Notes: generated from the sequence alone by a model not told the origin. DNA of 53,406 nt from Thermoanaerobaculales bacterium (GCA_048061535.1 JBGMRN010000001.1:12703-66108); one strand, 5' to 3'. Numbered from the stretch's first letter, positions 40,225-48,575 are shown. A program made the numbers and translations.

Positions 40225-41507
40225 CACTCCACCTCCCCACCGGCACGACGGATCATCTCGTCGACCGTTGCCGAAACCCGTGCTGCATGACGAATCCTGT
40301 CGAGCTTGTTCTCCGACGCCAGGTTGGCCTTGTGCTCCGCCGGGGGAATTCCCTGCTGCGCCGCCTCTGAAATCAGGTAGGCGTCCACGTCGGCCTCCGG
40401 GACCGTAACCTCCCATGCTTCGGCCAGTTGCTCGAGAACAAGCGTATCGAGCACCTCCCGGCGAGCCTTGGGTTCGGCCTTGGCGGCCATCTCCTGCCAA
40501 TTGAACCGGCCATCGTCCGGCGCGATGCCCTGCATGGACATGGCATAGGCGAAGTGGTTGAGATTGTCCTGTACGGCAGCCTGGACCAGCGAGGACGGTA
40601 GATCATTGGCGTCCAGATCTCGCTGGAGATGGTCGAGAATAAACCGCCGCCACGCAGTTCGGCGATCGGAGCGCTTGCGGCCCGAAAGTGCCTCGGAAAT
40701 ACGTTCTCGCAGCTGCTCGAGAGATTCCAGGCCGATCGCCGCCGCCAGATCGTCGTCGATGTCCGGCAGGACTTTGCGTTTGAGCGTCTTGACGGTGACG
40801 GTGTAGCACAGCGTCTTCCCGGCGCGTTCGGCATCCTCGAGGTCATCGGGGAGCACCTTTTTCGCCGTCCGCACCTCTCCCACCTTGGCGCCTTGCAGCG
40901 CCGCACTGATTTCGGCCGGCGCCGCGTCGGAGCCGATGATGAACCGCGCGTCGTTCTCAGTGTACGGCTCGTCGTCACCTTCTTCGAGCGCGCCGATGAG
41001 GTCGGCCTCGACCAGCATGCCATCGGCCGCGGTCTCTTCGTCGGCAGGCTCCCAGATCGCCTGCTCTTCCTGAATCTTTTCGAGCTCGGCGTCGAGCTCT
41101 GCATCCCTGACCTCGAGGTTCACCTCTGGAAGATCGAGGGACCCCAACTCCGGGAGATCGTAGCTCGGGCGCACCTCGACCTTGGCGGTGAAACGAAAGC
41201 GACCGTCGTCGGCGAATTCAAGGTCCGAAACCTGCGGATGTGTGATGGGATGGAGACCGCTTTCCTCTTTGAGCACTTCATCCCAGAGCAGGTTGGTGAG
41301 GTGCTCCTGAAGCTCGTCCCGAATCTCGACTGCGAAGCGCGCACGAACCGCAGGCTCCGGCGCCTTCCCGGGACGAAAGCCCGGCACCCGCGCCTTGTTC
41401 CGGATACTTCGTACGATTTGCTTGCGCTCGCGATCGACCACCTCCGCGTCGAAGTGGGCGTTGACCTCGACGGTGTGATTTGCGCCTCGGTTCACGGTGT
41501 GGGGCAT
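40224..41507 (-). CDS. tig: Trigger factor
   Basis: GFRPGKAP ribosome-binding signature. ATG at 41507; the longer ORF would run into tRNA-Leu and is rejected. Confidence 0.93.
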   Translation of the reverse strand: MPHTVNRGANHTVEVNAHFDAEVVDRERKQIVRSIRNKARVPGFRPGKAPEPAVRARFAVEIRDELQEHLTNLLWDEVLKEESGLHPITHPQVSDLEFADDGRFRFTAKVEVRPSYDLPELGSLDLPEVNLEVRDAELDAELEKIQEEQAIWEPADEETAADGMLVEADLIGALEEGDDEPYTENDARFIIGSDAAPAEISAALQGAKVGEVRTAKKVLPDDLEDAERAGKTLCYTVTVKTLKRKVLPDIDDDLAAAIGLESLEQLRERISEALSGRKRSDRRTAWRRFILDHLQRDLDANDLPSSLVQAAVQDNLNHFAYAMSMQGIAPDDGRFNWQEMAAKAEPKARREVLDTLVLEQLAEAWEVTVPEADVDAYLISEAAQQGIPPAEHKANLASENKLDRIRHAARVSATVDEMIRRAGGEVE

Positions 41508-41533
41508 GAATATGATCTCCGGTGGCTCCGGTC

Positions 41534-41620
41534 TGGTGCGAAAGGGGGGACTCGAACCCCCACGGGGCGACCCCCACGAGATCCTAAGTCTCGCGCGTCT
41601 ACCGGTTCCGCCACTTTCGC
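41534..41620 (-). tRNA. tRNA-Leu (anticodon TAG), encoded CCA
   Basis: Cloverleaf read by hand. Acceptor stem GCGAAAG/CTTTCGC, anticodon stem CGAGA/TCTCG with loop CTTAGGA, long variable arm, T-loop GGGGGTTCGAGTCCCCC. Confidence 0.9.
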
Positions 41621-41630
41621 ATGGGGGAAA

Positions 41631-41706
41631 TGGTGAGCCGTGGAGGAATCGAACCTCCAACCTAGTGATTAAGAGTCACTTGCTCTGCCAATTGAGCTAA
41701 CGGCCC
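41631..41706 (-). tRNA. tRNA-Lys (anticodon CTT), encoded CCA
   Basis: Acceptor stem GGGCCGT/ACGGCTC, anticodon stem AGTGA/TCACT with loop CTCTTAA, T-arm GGAGGTTCGATTCCTCC. Confidence 0.9.
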
Positions 41707-41719
41707 ACGGCCAACGGTC

Positions 41720-41748
41720 ACTATACGGGAAAACCCCGTGAGGGGCAA
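41720..41748 (-). promoter_or_regulatory. Putative sigma70-type promoter for the tRNA-Lys/tRNA-Leu (tig) unit
   Basis: The minus strand reads TTGCCC, then 17 nt, then TATAGT, ending 13 nt upstream of the tRNA-Lys 5' end. Confidence 0.35.
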
Positions 41749-41794
41749 CTCAAACCTGAGCGAGGGGGATAGGTGTGTTTCCGAATACCGGGCT

Positions 41795-42487
41795 CTACCT
41801 GTGAACCAGGTGTTTGATTTCGCTCTGTCCGAGCTCGGATTGGGCGGTGATGACAACCGCCGAGGTTCCACCATTGAAAGGAGGGAGCTTGGCCTGAGCG
41901 GTGAAGCTGCCGTCGTCATCGGTTTCGCCTTCGGCCAACACCAGCCGCCGCGGTTCGGCGGTCGATTTGAAGAGCACCGAAACGAGCACTCCGGGTTGAG
42001 CCTTGTGGGCGTGGGAATCGACAGCCGTGATGCTGACAGTCGCGGAATCATCGTACACGAAGTCATGGTCACCGGTGGCTCGCAGGATGAGATGCGCACG
42101 GCCCCGCTGAGCCTCGAGGTAGTCGAGAATCACCTGGTCGAGAGACGGTTCTTCGGCTTCGGCGTCCCCTTCTTCCTCCGGGGCGTGGGTGAGGGTGGTG
42201 TCGTCGTCGAGGACCTCGTCGTCGTCGCTTGTGAGGCGATCGAGGCCTCCCCTTCCAACTGCGTCGACGATCGAACGGTGCTGTCGCTCCATCATGGCGG
42301 CGACGGTTTCCCTGTCGACCTCCTGTTCAACGAGATCGTGGTATGACGTCCGTCGCGAGTACAGGATTTCTCCACGTGCATAGACCAAAGACTCGATAAA
42401 GGGGTTGGATCGCCCCTTGTCTTCGGTCTGCACGTGATAGGTCGTGCCCGAATGCTCGATATCCGTGTTGAACCCGGTAAGAACCAC
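41795..42487 (-). CDS. Conserved-looking hypothetical protein
   Basis: The N-terminal module GFNTDIEHSGTTYHVQTEDKGRSNPFIESLVYARGEILY is followed by an acidic linker and a beta-rich C-terminal domain. No function recognised. Confidence 0.55.
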   Translation of the reverse strand: MVLTGFNTDIEHSGTTYHVQTEDKGRSNPFIESLVYARGEILYSRRTSYHDLVEQEVDRETVAAMMERQHRSIVDAVGRGGLDRLTSDDDEVLDDDTTLTHAPEEEGDAEAEEPSLDQVILDYLEAQRGRAHLILRATGDHDFVYDDSATVSITAVDSHAHKAQPGVLVSVLFKSTAEPRRLVLAEGETDDDGSFTAQAKLPPFNGGTSAVVITAQSELGQSEIKHLVHR

Positions 42488-42647
42488 GGTTGGTCAGTGC
42501 GCCTCCAAACGATAGGCTAACGTGAAGCCAGCCAACGGTCAATCGCGATCCCCCGACAATCCTCTCCGTGGCGGTGAGATCTCTCGACGTTTCCGGTCGC
42601 TAACCCTCCTCCTGGTCTCCCGCTGCGGGCCGATCTACAATCGGTGG

Positions 42648-43073
42648 GTGACGTCGCTGAGGGTGCTCTTCGTCTGTATCGGCAACAGCTGTCGGTCGCC
42701 GATGGCGGAGGCCATCGCCAACGCGCTGGGCGGTGGTCGGATCGAAGCGCAATCAGCCGGCCTCGCCCCTGCTGGATGGGTCGCAGAAACCACCCTCAAA
42801 ACGCTGGAAAGAATGGGCTACTCGGGCGTCGGCCTTTGGTCCAAGGGGCTTGAGAGCATCAAGGCCGAGGATGTCGATGTCGCGATTTCCCTGCTCGGAT
42901 CCAGAGGAATCGACCTGCTTCCTCCCGGTTTCGGCACTCGGCGCGAGGCATGGCCCATCCCGGATCCCATCGGAGAGGATGAGGCGTTCTACACCGCCGT
43001 CGCCCAACAGATCGAGCAGAGGATCCGCGGGTTTCTGGCCGACGAGGCTGAGGGGGAACTTCTTCTGACCTGA
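42648..43073 (+). CDS. Low-molecular-weight protein-tyrosine phosphatase / ArsC-like
   Basis: CX5R(S/T) P-loop VLFVCIGNSCRSPMAE and the downstream DP motif. GTG start at 42648. Confidence 0.8.
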   Translation: MTSLRVLFVCIGNSCRSPMAEAIANALGGGRIEAQSAGLAPAGWVAETTLKTLERMGYSGVGLWSKGLESIKAEDVDVAISLLGSRGIDLLPPGFGTRREAWPIPDPIGEDEAFYTAVAQQIEQRIRGFLADEAEGELLLT

Positions 43074-43123
43074 GCACTCATACTTGGAGGAGCGCGGGGA
43101 GAGGACGATCGTGGCACACTGTA

Positions 43124-43633
43124 TTGGTGACCTTCAACGAGGTGTACGACCGCTATCGCCGACCGGTGTGGAGGCTGGCTCGCCGGCTTACAGCGAGTGA
43201 GGAGGAAGCGCTCGACGCAACCCAGGAAGTTTTTCTTCGCGTGTGGCGGGGTCTCGGCGGATTTCGTGGCGAGGCCAAGTTGAGTACCTGGGTGTTTCAG
43301 ATAGCATGGAACTATCTGCGGGCGCATCGACGACGCATGGGAAGACAACTTCAATTTATCAGCGAGGGGACCGAGGGTACCCAGGAATTGGTGGAGGTGG
43401 CTCGCGATCCGGGCGCGGATCCTGAACGCAGGGCATCGGCAGCGGATCAATTGACCAGAGTCGAATCCGCTCTCCGCCGCTTGCCCGAACACTTCCGGGT
43501 TGTCGTGTGGCTGCGTGACGGCGAGAATCTGAGCTACCAGGAGATCGCCGACGCCCTCGACCTTCCGATAGGAACCGTGCGCTCGCGCCTGGCACGCGCA
43601 CGGACTGCGCTCCGCCGGGCAGTGGAGACATGA
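43124..43633 (+). CDS. ECF-type RNA polymerase sigma-70 factor
   Basis: Region 2 (EEALDATQEVFLRVWRGLGGFRGEAKLSTWVFQIAWN) and region 4 (LSYQEIADALDLPIGTVRSRLARAR). The start is a TTG or GTG at 43124/43127. Confidence 0.85.
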   Translation: MVTFNEVYDRYRRPVWRLARRLTASEEEALDATQEVFLRVWRGLGGFRGEAKLSTWVFQIAWNYLRAHRRRMGRQLQFISEGTEGTQELVEVARDPGADPERRASAADQLTRVESALRRLPEHFRVVVWLRDGENLSYQEIADALDLPIGTVRSRLARARTALRRAVET

Positions 43634-44667
43634 TGGACGACGCCCGCACGGAATTGCTCAGCAGGTATTTGGACGGCGACCTCAAGCCCTCCGAAGCCAG
43701 GGCGGTCGAGGAGCGGTTGAAGAATGACTCCGAGCTGGCCGCAGAGTTGCACGACCTCGAGGGTGTGCGTTCGTCTCTGGCCTCCCTGGCTCGGCAAGAT
43801 CAGCCGCCGGCAAAACTCGACGCGATGATGGAGCCGCTGTGTCGTAGCGCACCGTTTCGCCCTGGAGTGCGCCCGGCAGTCAGATGGCTGGGCATCGCTG
43901 CGGCCCTGGTTCTCGGCTTCTCCGTCGTGCTGGAGGTCCGGCGACAAAGCCCATCACCGGCCAATGATCCGCGAACGCGGCGCGTGGCTCAAGAGCTCCC
44001 GACAGAACCCGGCGACAGGTTCTCCTTGGCGCCGCTGCCAACAAGCTCAATTCCGGAGGAAGATCGGCCGCTGGGGGCTGTAGAACGTCTGCTCGCGAGT
44101 CCACTGCCCGGGCCGATTCTCGAGGAACCACCGGCCCTCGAGGTCCTCGGCCCGCTGGAGGCCGGCGAGGTCGGCTTCTTCGTCGAACCGGTGACGGACA
44201 CTACGGCGGAGCTGTCGAGCCATCCGAGGGACCGGCGTGAATCGCTTGACAAAAATAGAATCGAAACTGACGCGACGCCCCTCCCGGGCTCAGTAAGCGG
44301 TACCGTTCCCGGGCCTCAAGCGGAAGATGAACTGACGGCCGGATCCCTCTCGCCGGGAACCGGGAACCGCGGGGCCAACGCCCCCTGGGAGGAGGAAGCA
44401 TCCCCCGGAATTTCCCGCCTCTACGTTTTTGTCAACGGCGAGACCGCATGGAAAGAGTTTCGGCCGGCGACCGGTTGTCCGATCGGCCGCTACTCAGTTC
44501 GCGTTCTGATTTCAGAGGGTGCGGTGGCCTCGGCCTGGAGCCTGGGTGTCAACCCCTCGACTCCGACCGCTCGCCGGTTCTGTGCGGGTGAGGCGGTCCG
44601 GGGAATCGAGTTGGAAAAGGTGCCCGACGGCGAGTATCTGGCCGAGTTGGTTGTTGAAAAGAGGTAA
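43630..44667 (+). CDS. Anti-sigma factor (single TM helix, Pro-rich extracytoplasmic region)
   Basis: ATGA overlap with the sigma gene. Anti-sigma N-terminal helix LLSRYLDGDLKPSEARAVEERL and TM segment WLGIAAALVLGFSVVL. Confidence 0.75.
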   Translation: MMDDARTELLSRYLDGDLKPSEARAVEERLKNDSELAAELHDLEGVRSSLASLARQDQPPAKLDAMMEPLCRSAPFRPGVRPAVRWLGIAAALVLGFSVVLEVRRQSPSPANDPRTRRVAQELPTEPGDRFSLAPLPTSSIPEEDRPLGAVERLLASPLPGPILEEPPALEVLGPLEAGEVGFFVEPVTDTTAELSSHPRDRRESLDKNRIETDATPLPGSVSGTVPGPQAEDELTAGSLSPGTGNRGANAPWEEEASPGISRLYVFVNGETAWKEFRPATGCPIGRYSVRVLISEGAVASAWSLGVNPSTPTARRFCAGEAVRGIELEKVPDGEYLAELVVEKR

Positions 44668-44696
44668 CGCTTGTTGCAGGGGCGGTGGGGCCCTCG

Positions 44697-45032
44697 TCAG
44701 AAGCTCCCGACTGCCTCCTGCTCGTTTTCAAAAACATCGAAAACAGTGATCAACTGGGTGACTTGGAGAATGTCGTTGATCTTCGGTGACAGATGCAACA
44801 ACTTGAGTTGACCGTCACGCTTGGTCACAGTGGTGTAGCAGGCGACCATTTCGCCGATGCCGGAGGAGTCGATCGCGGTCACCTTGCCGAGATCGAGGAG
44901 AATCTTCTTTTTACCTTCCTCCAAGGCGTCCGAAATCAGTTCACGGAACTTTACGTCGCCGCTACCAATGGTGATCTTACCGCCGAGCTCGATGATGCGT
45001 ACCTCGCCGAGATCACGAATCTTGCTCTTCAT
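44697..45032 (-). CDS. STAS-domain anti-sigma-factor antagonist (RsbV/SpoIIAA-like)
   Basis: STAS motif with the phosphorylatable Ser context (IDSSGIGEMV). AAGGAG lies 8 nt before the ATG at 45032. Confidence 0.85.
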   Translation of the reverse strand: MKSKIRDLGEVRIIELGGKITIGSGDVKFRELISDALEEGKKKILLDLGKVTAIDSSGIGEMVACYTTVTKRDGQLKLLHLSPKINDILQVTQLITVFDVFENEQEAVGSF

Positions 45033-45477
45033 TTTTCTCACTCCTTGTCGTAGGTGATAACTCCCGAACCATCTCGACCACCGTACCTCCTGCGGGCGTT
45101 CGGCTGAAATCGACGCGGTTCATGAACTGTCGCATGTAGAAGATACCGCGACCGTTTGGGCGCAGCAAATTTTCGGGGTTTGTGGGGTCGGGAATGCTTT
45201 CGGGATCGAAACCTTTGCCGTCGTCTTCGATTCTGATGGTGACAGTGGAATCTTCGATGGTGAAAGCGATGCGAACCCAGCGAGTGGGATCCTGTTGATT
45301 GCCGTGCCGGACGGCGTTGGCCAGGGCCTCTCTGAGGGCGGTAACCAGCCAGTACTCGTCTTCGCCGTCACGCCCGGCCTGGTGGCAGAGATCGAGAAGC
45401 GCGCGTTCTGCAACCTCAATATTTTCGAAGCGGCTTGCCAAGATGAGATCGGTCTTCAGGCTGGTGCTCGCCGGCAT
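45013..45477 (-). CDS. Anti-sigma regulatory Ser/Thr kinase (RsbW/SpoIIAB-like, HATPase_c)
   Basis: N-box ALANAVRHGN and G-box DDGKGFD...GRGI. Overlaps the STAS gene. Confidence 0.8.
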   Translation of the reverse strand: MPASTSLKTDLILASRFENIEVAERALLDLCHQAGRDGEDEYWLVTALREALANAVRHGNQQDPTRWVRIAFTIEDSTVTIRIEDDGKGFDPESIPDPTNPENLLRPNGRGIFYMRQFMNRVDFSRTPAGGTVVEMVRELSPTTRSEKNEEQDS

Positions 45478-45601
45478 TTCTCGTCAGCTCCCCGCTGCGG
45501 CCGGCGATGTTCCATGCCCCTCGGAATCTCGTAAATCTTGCGGCCCAACGTTCATACGAGCGGAGAGTATAGCAGCAGGGTCATGAGTCGATCGCCGCCG
45601 C

Positions 45602-45973
45602 TCACTCGATTTCGGGGAGGTCGTCGGTTTCGGTCTCTTCTGCTCCAGGCTCGACCATCGTCAATACCCAGCGGTGAAAGCTCTCCTCAGCGGCATCGAT
45701 CGGCAGGCTCAGGATCTCTGGCAACTCATATGAGTGGAACTCTCTGATCGCCTGTGAAACCTGCTCGAAGAGGCGCTTTGGCGTCTTGACCAGAAGAAGA
45801 TACTCGGTGTCTTCACAGATCTTACCCTTCCATCGATAGATGGAGCGCAGACATGGAACGATGTTGACGCACGTTGCAAGCTGCCGGGTGATGAGTTCCT
45901 CGGAGATCTCCACGGCCTGCTGCTCGGTCCCCACCGATGTCATCACAAGCGTGATCGCTTCAAGCTGACTCAT
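45602..45973 (-). CDS. cutA: Divalent-cation tolerance protein CutA
   Basis: CutA1 signature (LATCVNIVPCLRSIYRWKGKI...HSYELPEI). Confidence 0.88.
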   Translation of the reverse strand: MSQLEAITLVMTSVGTEQQAVEISEELITRQLATCVNIVPCLRSIYRWKGKICEDTEYLLLVKTPKRLFEQVSQAIREFHSYELPEILSLPIDAAEESFHRWVLTMVEPGAEETETDDLPEIE

Positions 45974-46026
45974 GATCGCACGCTATCGGAGAACGGCGGG
46001 TGAGTCAAGATTCCGGGTCCCGGTCT

Positions 46027-46635
46027 TCAGTAGCGCCGCAGCAGCCCAGCCACCACCCCCTGAACCTGTACCGAGTCCACCGGCAGTCTGACGGCGTCGA
46101 GGGTCGGGTTGGCGGGCTGCAGTCGAACGGTCGCCGCCCCCTCGCGGTAGAGACGCTTGAGCGTCACCTCTCCCTCCACCAGCGCAACCACCATCTCGCC
46201 GTCGGCGGCTGTCGTCGTACGCTGAACCACGACGAGGTCTCCGTCGTGGACGCCGTCACCGATCATCGAGTCCCCACGTACGCGGAGGACATAGTGATCT
46301 CCAGACCTCAGGAGGTCCGCGGGGACAAACACCCTCTCGTCTCCCGGAATCGACTCGATAGGAGCGCCCGCCGCGATCGTGCCGAAGAGAGGCACTTCGT
46401 TTGCCGCGCCGGGGCCCTCCGGCGGGTCGGGCAGGACCAACCCTCGTTTCTGGTGTTTTTCCCGGTGGAGAAAACCCTTGCGCTCGAGTTGAGCCACGTG
46501 CTTTTGGGCGCTTGCGGTGCTGCGGAAACCGAAGGCGTCCGAGATCTCCTGTAAGGTCGGGGCCACCTCGTCGGCAGCGATGTGTTTTTCGATGAATCGA
46601 AGAACATCTCGTTGGCGCTTCGTGAGGTAGTTCAT
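46027..46635 (-). CDS. lexA: SOS repressor LexA
   Basis: N-terminal wHTH (LTKRQRDVLRFI...PTLQEI), the Ala-Gly cleavage region and the S24 peptidase Ser/Lys motifs (GDSM...VALV). ATG at 46635. Confidence 0.93.
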   Translation of the reverse strand: MNYLTKRQRDVLRFIEKHIAADEVAPTLQEISDAFGFRSTASAQKHVAQLERKGFLHREKHQKRGLVLPDPPEGPGAANEVPLFGTIAAGAPIESIPGDERVFVPADLLRSGDHYVLRVRGDSMIGDGVHDGDLVVVQRTTTAADGEMVVALVEGEVTLKRLYREGAATVRLQPANPTLDAVRLPVDSVQVQGVVAGLLRRY

Positions 46636-46651
46636 GTTGATCTCCACCATC

Positions 46652-46680
46652 AGCCTAGGTGAAAACGCGGCATAAATCAA
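46652..46680 (-). promoter_or_regulatory. Putative lexA promoter
   Basis: The minus strand reads TTGATT, then 17 nt, then TAGGCT, about 16 nt upstream of the ATG. I found no recognisable LexA box. Confidence 0.25.
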
Positions 46681-46684
46681 CCCC

Positions 46685-46890
46685 CGGCCCACTTTTCTCA
46701 CCGCCCCCCGATTTCAGCGTTTTCGGGAACCGGTAGGGCGAAAGATCGGGGAGCGGAGAGAAAACCGGCCGGTCTTTTTGGTCTGACCCCTGCCGCCTGG
46801 TTATTCCCTGGTCAGGGCGGGATTCCCCGATCCCTTTCACGAACTCTGTCTTTCCAATAGATTCTTGGGGGCGAGGAGAAAAGCGGGAAA
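46685..46890 (+). mobile_element. MITE-like element, copy D1 (divergent core), filling the lexA to tRNA-Pro spacer
   Basis: The 5' end GGCCCACTTTTCTCACC..GATTTCAGCG resembles the A3 5' end GCCCGCTTTTCTCACCAGATTTCGTCG. The 3' end AATAGATTCTTGGGGGCGAGGAGAAAAGCGGG resembles GGTAGAAAAATGGTGAGATATGCGGG. It also has a long internal hairpin (GATCGGGGA/TCCCCGATC). Confidence 0.55.
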
Positions 46891-46892
46891 AA

Positions 46893-46969
46893 TGGTCGGG
46901 GCGAGTGGATTTGAACCACCGGCCTCACGGTCCCGAACCGTGCGCTCTGCCAAGCTGAGCTACGCCCCG
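46893..46969 (-). tRNA. tRNA-Pro (anticodon CGG), encoded CCA
   Basis: Acceptor stem CGGGGCG/CGCCCCG, anticodon stem CACGG/CCGTG with loop TTCGGGA, T-arm GGTGGTTCAAATCCACT. Confidence 0.9.
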
Positions 46970-46984
46970 ACGGGGGCGACATTC

Positions 46985-47002
46985 TAGCCCGCTTTCCTCG
47001 CC
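46985..47002 (+). repeat. Solo terminal-repeat-like sequence TAGCCCGCTTTCCTCGCC
   Basis: Resembles the 5' terminus of the MITE family. It is also the inverted partner of 46870-46887, matching 15 of 15 positions with one 3-nt indel. Confidence 0.5.
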
Positions 47003-47016
47003 TTGGCAACAACTAC

Positions 47017-48357
47017 TCACAACGATGCGAACTGGCTGATCAGGATCACGGTGATGAAGAGTGGACAAACCCACCGCACAAAGAAACGCCACGGTCCAGC
47101 GAACATCGCGAATCCAGGAGACGAAGAGAGGATCTCGGCTACCGCGGCGTCGAGTCCCCAAACATAGGTGCCGAAGAGGCACAACATGAGGGCGCCGAAG
47201 GGGAGAGAAAAGCTCACCCACGCGAAGTCCATCAGTGAGAAAAAGCCTTCGAACCCGAGGATGTTGGCGGTCGCCCACGGCTCGGTCCCGACCCACGCCA
47301 GCGCCGACGGCACTCCGATGACCAGGGTGACGACGCCTCCGATCCAGACCGTTCGCGTTCGCGACCAACCGCGTTCGTCGATACAGTAAGCGGAGATCAC
47401 CTCGAGCAGCGAAACCGTGGAGGTCAACGCCGCTACGCCGAGGAGGAAGAAGAAAACCGCCCCGACCAAGGTGCCTCCGGCCATGACGCCAAAGACGGCG
47501 GGAAGTACCTTGAAAATGAGGTCCGGCCCGCCATCCGGTTGTTGTCCGAGCGCGAAGAGCGCCGGGAAGATCATCAGTCCGGCAAGAACGGCGATCATGG
47601 TGTCGAAGAGGACAACCCAAGAACCACAGCGGAGGATGTCCTGCTTCTTCGAGAGATAGGATCCATAGGTGAGCATGGCCCCCATGCCGAGCGAAAGCGA
47701 AAAGAAGGCTTGCGCCATGGCGTCGAGTACGACCCGCAGGTTGAGCTTGCTGAAATCGGGCCTCAGGAACCAACGCAGACCCTCGCCCGCGCCCGGCAAC
47801 ATCAGACCTCGGATGATGATGCCGATCATCAGAACCAGCAGCAACGGCATGAGAATTTTTGCCCATCGCTCGATACCGCGTTGGACTCCGCCCAAGACCA
47901 CCAGAACCGTGAGAACGAGAAAAATACCAAAGAAAAGCAGGGCCGATCCGGGGCCATAGGAAGTGATGAGCGCCGTACCCGTCACGACGCGCTGACTGTA
48001 GTCTATGAAGAGCGCCAGCACCTGGCCGGCAATCACCGCGTAGAAAGAAAGAATCCCGAGACCGGTGAGGATCGCCAGGTAGCCCAGGTACTTCCATTGC
48101 CCGTGCGGGCGGATCGCCCTAATTGCCCCCACCGGATTCTTCTGGGTGGCTCGCCCGAGCGAAATTTCGAGCAACATGACCGGCAGGCCGAGACCGAGCA
48201 CGCACAGTAGATAGACGAGGACGAAAGCGCCGCCCCCGTTCTCGCCTGCGGAATACGGAAATCGCCAGATGTTGCCAAGGCCGATGGCCGACCCCGCAGC
48301 CGCGAGGATGAAGCCGGCCTGCGAACTCCACTGCCCGCGATCCGAATTGGCCCGCAT
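47017..48357 (-). CDS. Sodium-dependent transporter, SNF (neurotransmitter:sodium symporter) family
   Basis: GFILAAAGSAIGLGNIWRFPY signature and about 11-12 TM helices. The ATG at 48357 lies inside the terminal repeat of element C1. Confidence 0.9.
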   Translation of the reverse strand: MRANSDRGQWSSQAGFILAAAGSAIGLGNIWRFPYSAGENGGGAFVLVYLLCVLGLGLPVMLLEISLGRATQKNPVGAIRAIRPHGQWKYLGYLAILTGLGILSFYAVIAGQVLALFIDYSQRVVTGTALITSYGPGSALLFFGIFLVLTVLVVLGGVQRGIERWAKILMPLLLVLMIGIIIRGLMLPGAGEGLRWFLRPDFSKLNLRVVLDAMAQAFFSLSLGMGAMLTYGSYLSKKQDILRCGSWVVLFDTMIAVLAGLMIFPALFALGQQPDGGPDLIFKVLPAVFGVMAGGTLVGAVFFFLLGVAALTSTVSLLEVISAYCIDERGWSRTRTVWIGGVVTLVIGVPSALAWVGTEPWATANILGFEGFFSLMDFAWVSFSLPFGALMLCLFGTYVWGLDAAVAEILSSSPGFAMFAGPWRFFVRWVCPLFITVILISQFASL

Positions 48358-48531
48358 ATCTCACCAGCTTCCTGCTGCGTTCGGCGACCCGCCGCACCCA
48401 GCGAATTTTCTCGCCCCGGAGCCCTCACCCAGCCGACAACAGCGCCCGGAGACCAAAGTCTCGCCTCGAGGCGAGGCCGTCGGACACGTGCTGGTGACGA
48501 TGAGACCTCAGCACCGAAAGCGCGCGGGAAC
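48349..48531 (-). mobile_element. MITE-like element, copy C1 (third core type), in the SNF transporter 5' region
   Basis: The minus-strand 3' end GCAGCAGGAAGCTGGTGAGATATGCGGGC matches the B1 tail at 25 of 29 positions, and GAAAATTCGC is shared. The 5' end is TTCCCGCGCGCTTTC..TCACCAGC. A closing inverted repeat TCACCAGC/GCTGGTGA is present. Overall length is about 183 bp. Confidence 0.6.
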
Positions 48532-48546
48532 TTTCCGTCGAGTACG

Positions 48547-48575
48547 CCACCGCACAATCTGTCATTTCGCGGTGG
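48547..48575 (-). terminator. Hairpin after atpC (CCACCGC...GCGGTGG)
   Basis: A 7-bp stem 6 nt downstream of the atpC stop, with a 15-nt loop and no U-tract. Confidence 0.25.

Noticed and set aside
42573-42580. A GGTGAGAT 8-mer identical to part of the MITE terminus, in the spacer between the hypothetical gene and the phosphatase gene.
   Set aside because: An 8-mer match is expected by chance at about this window size, and there is no flanking homology.
45465-45601. CCGGCATTTCTCGTCAG at the RsbW-like start resembles the family terminus CCCGCTTTTCTCACCAG.
   Set aside because: There is no matching second terminus or core homology in the 124-bp spacer. It is probably chance similarity involving the ribosome-binding site and ATG region.
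46636-46700. Search for a LexA operator upstream of lexA (CTGT-N8-ACAG, GAAC-N4-GTTC, GTTC-N7-GTTC types).
   Set aside because: None of the known consensus types is present. Only a distant GTTGAT...ATCAAC pair was seen, which is too widely spaced to call.
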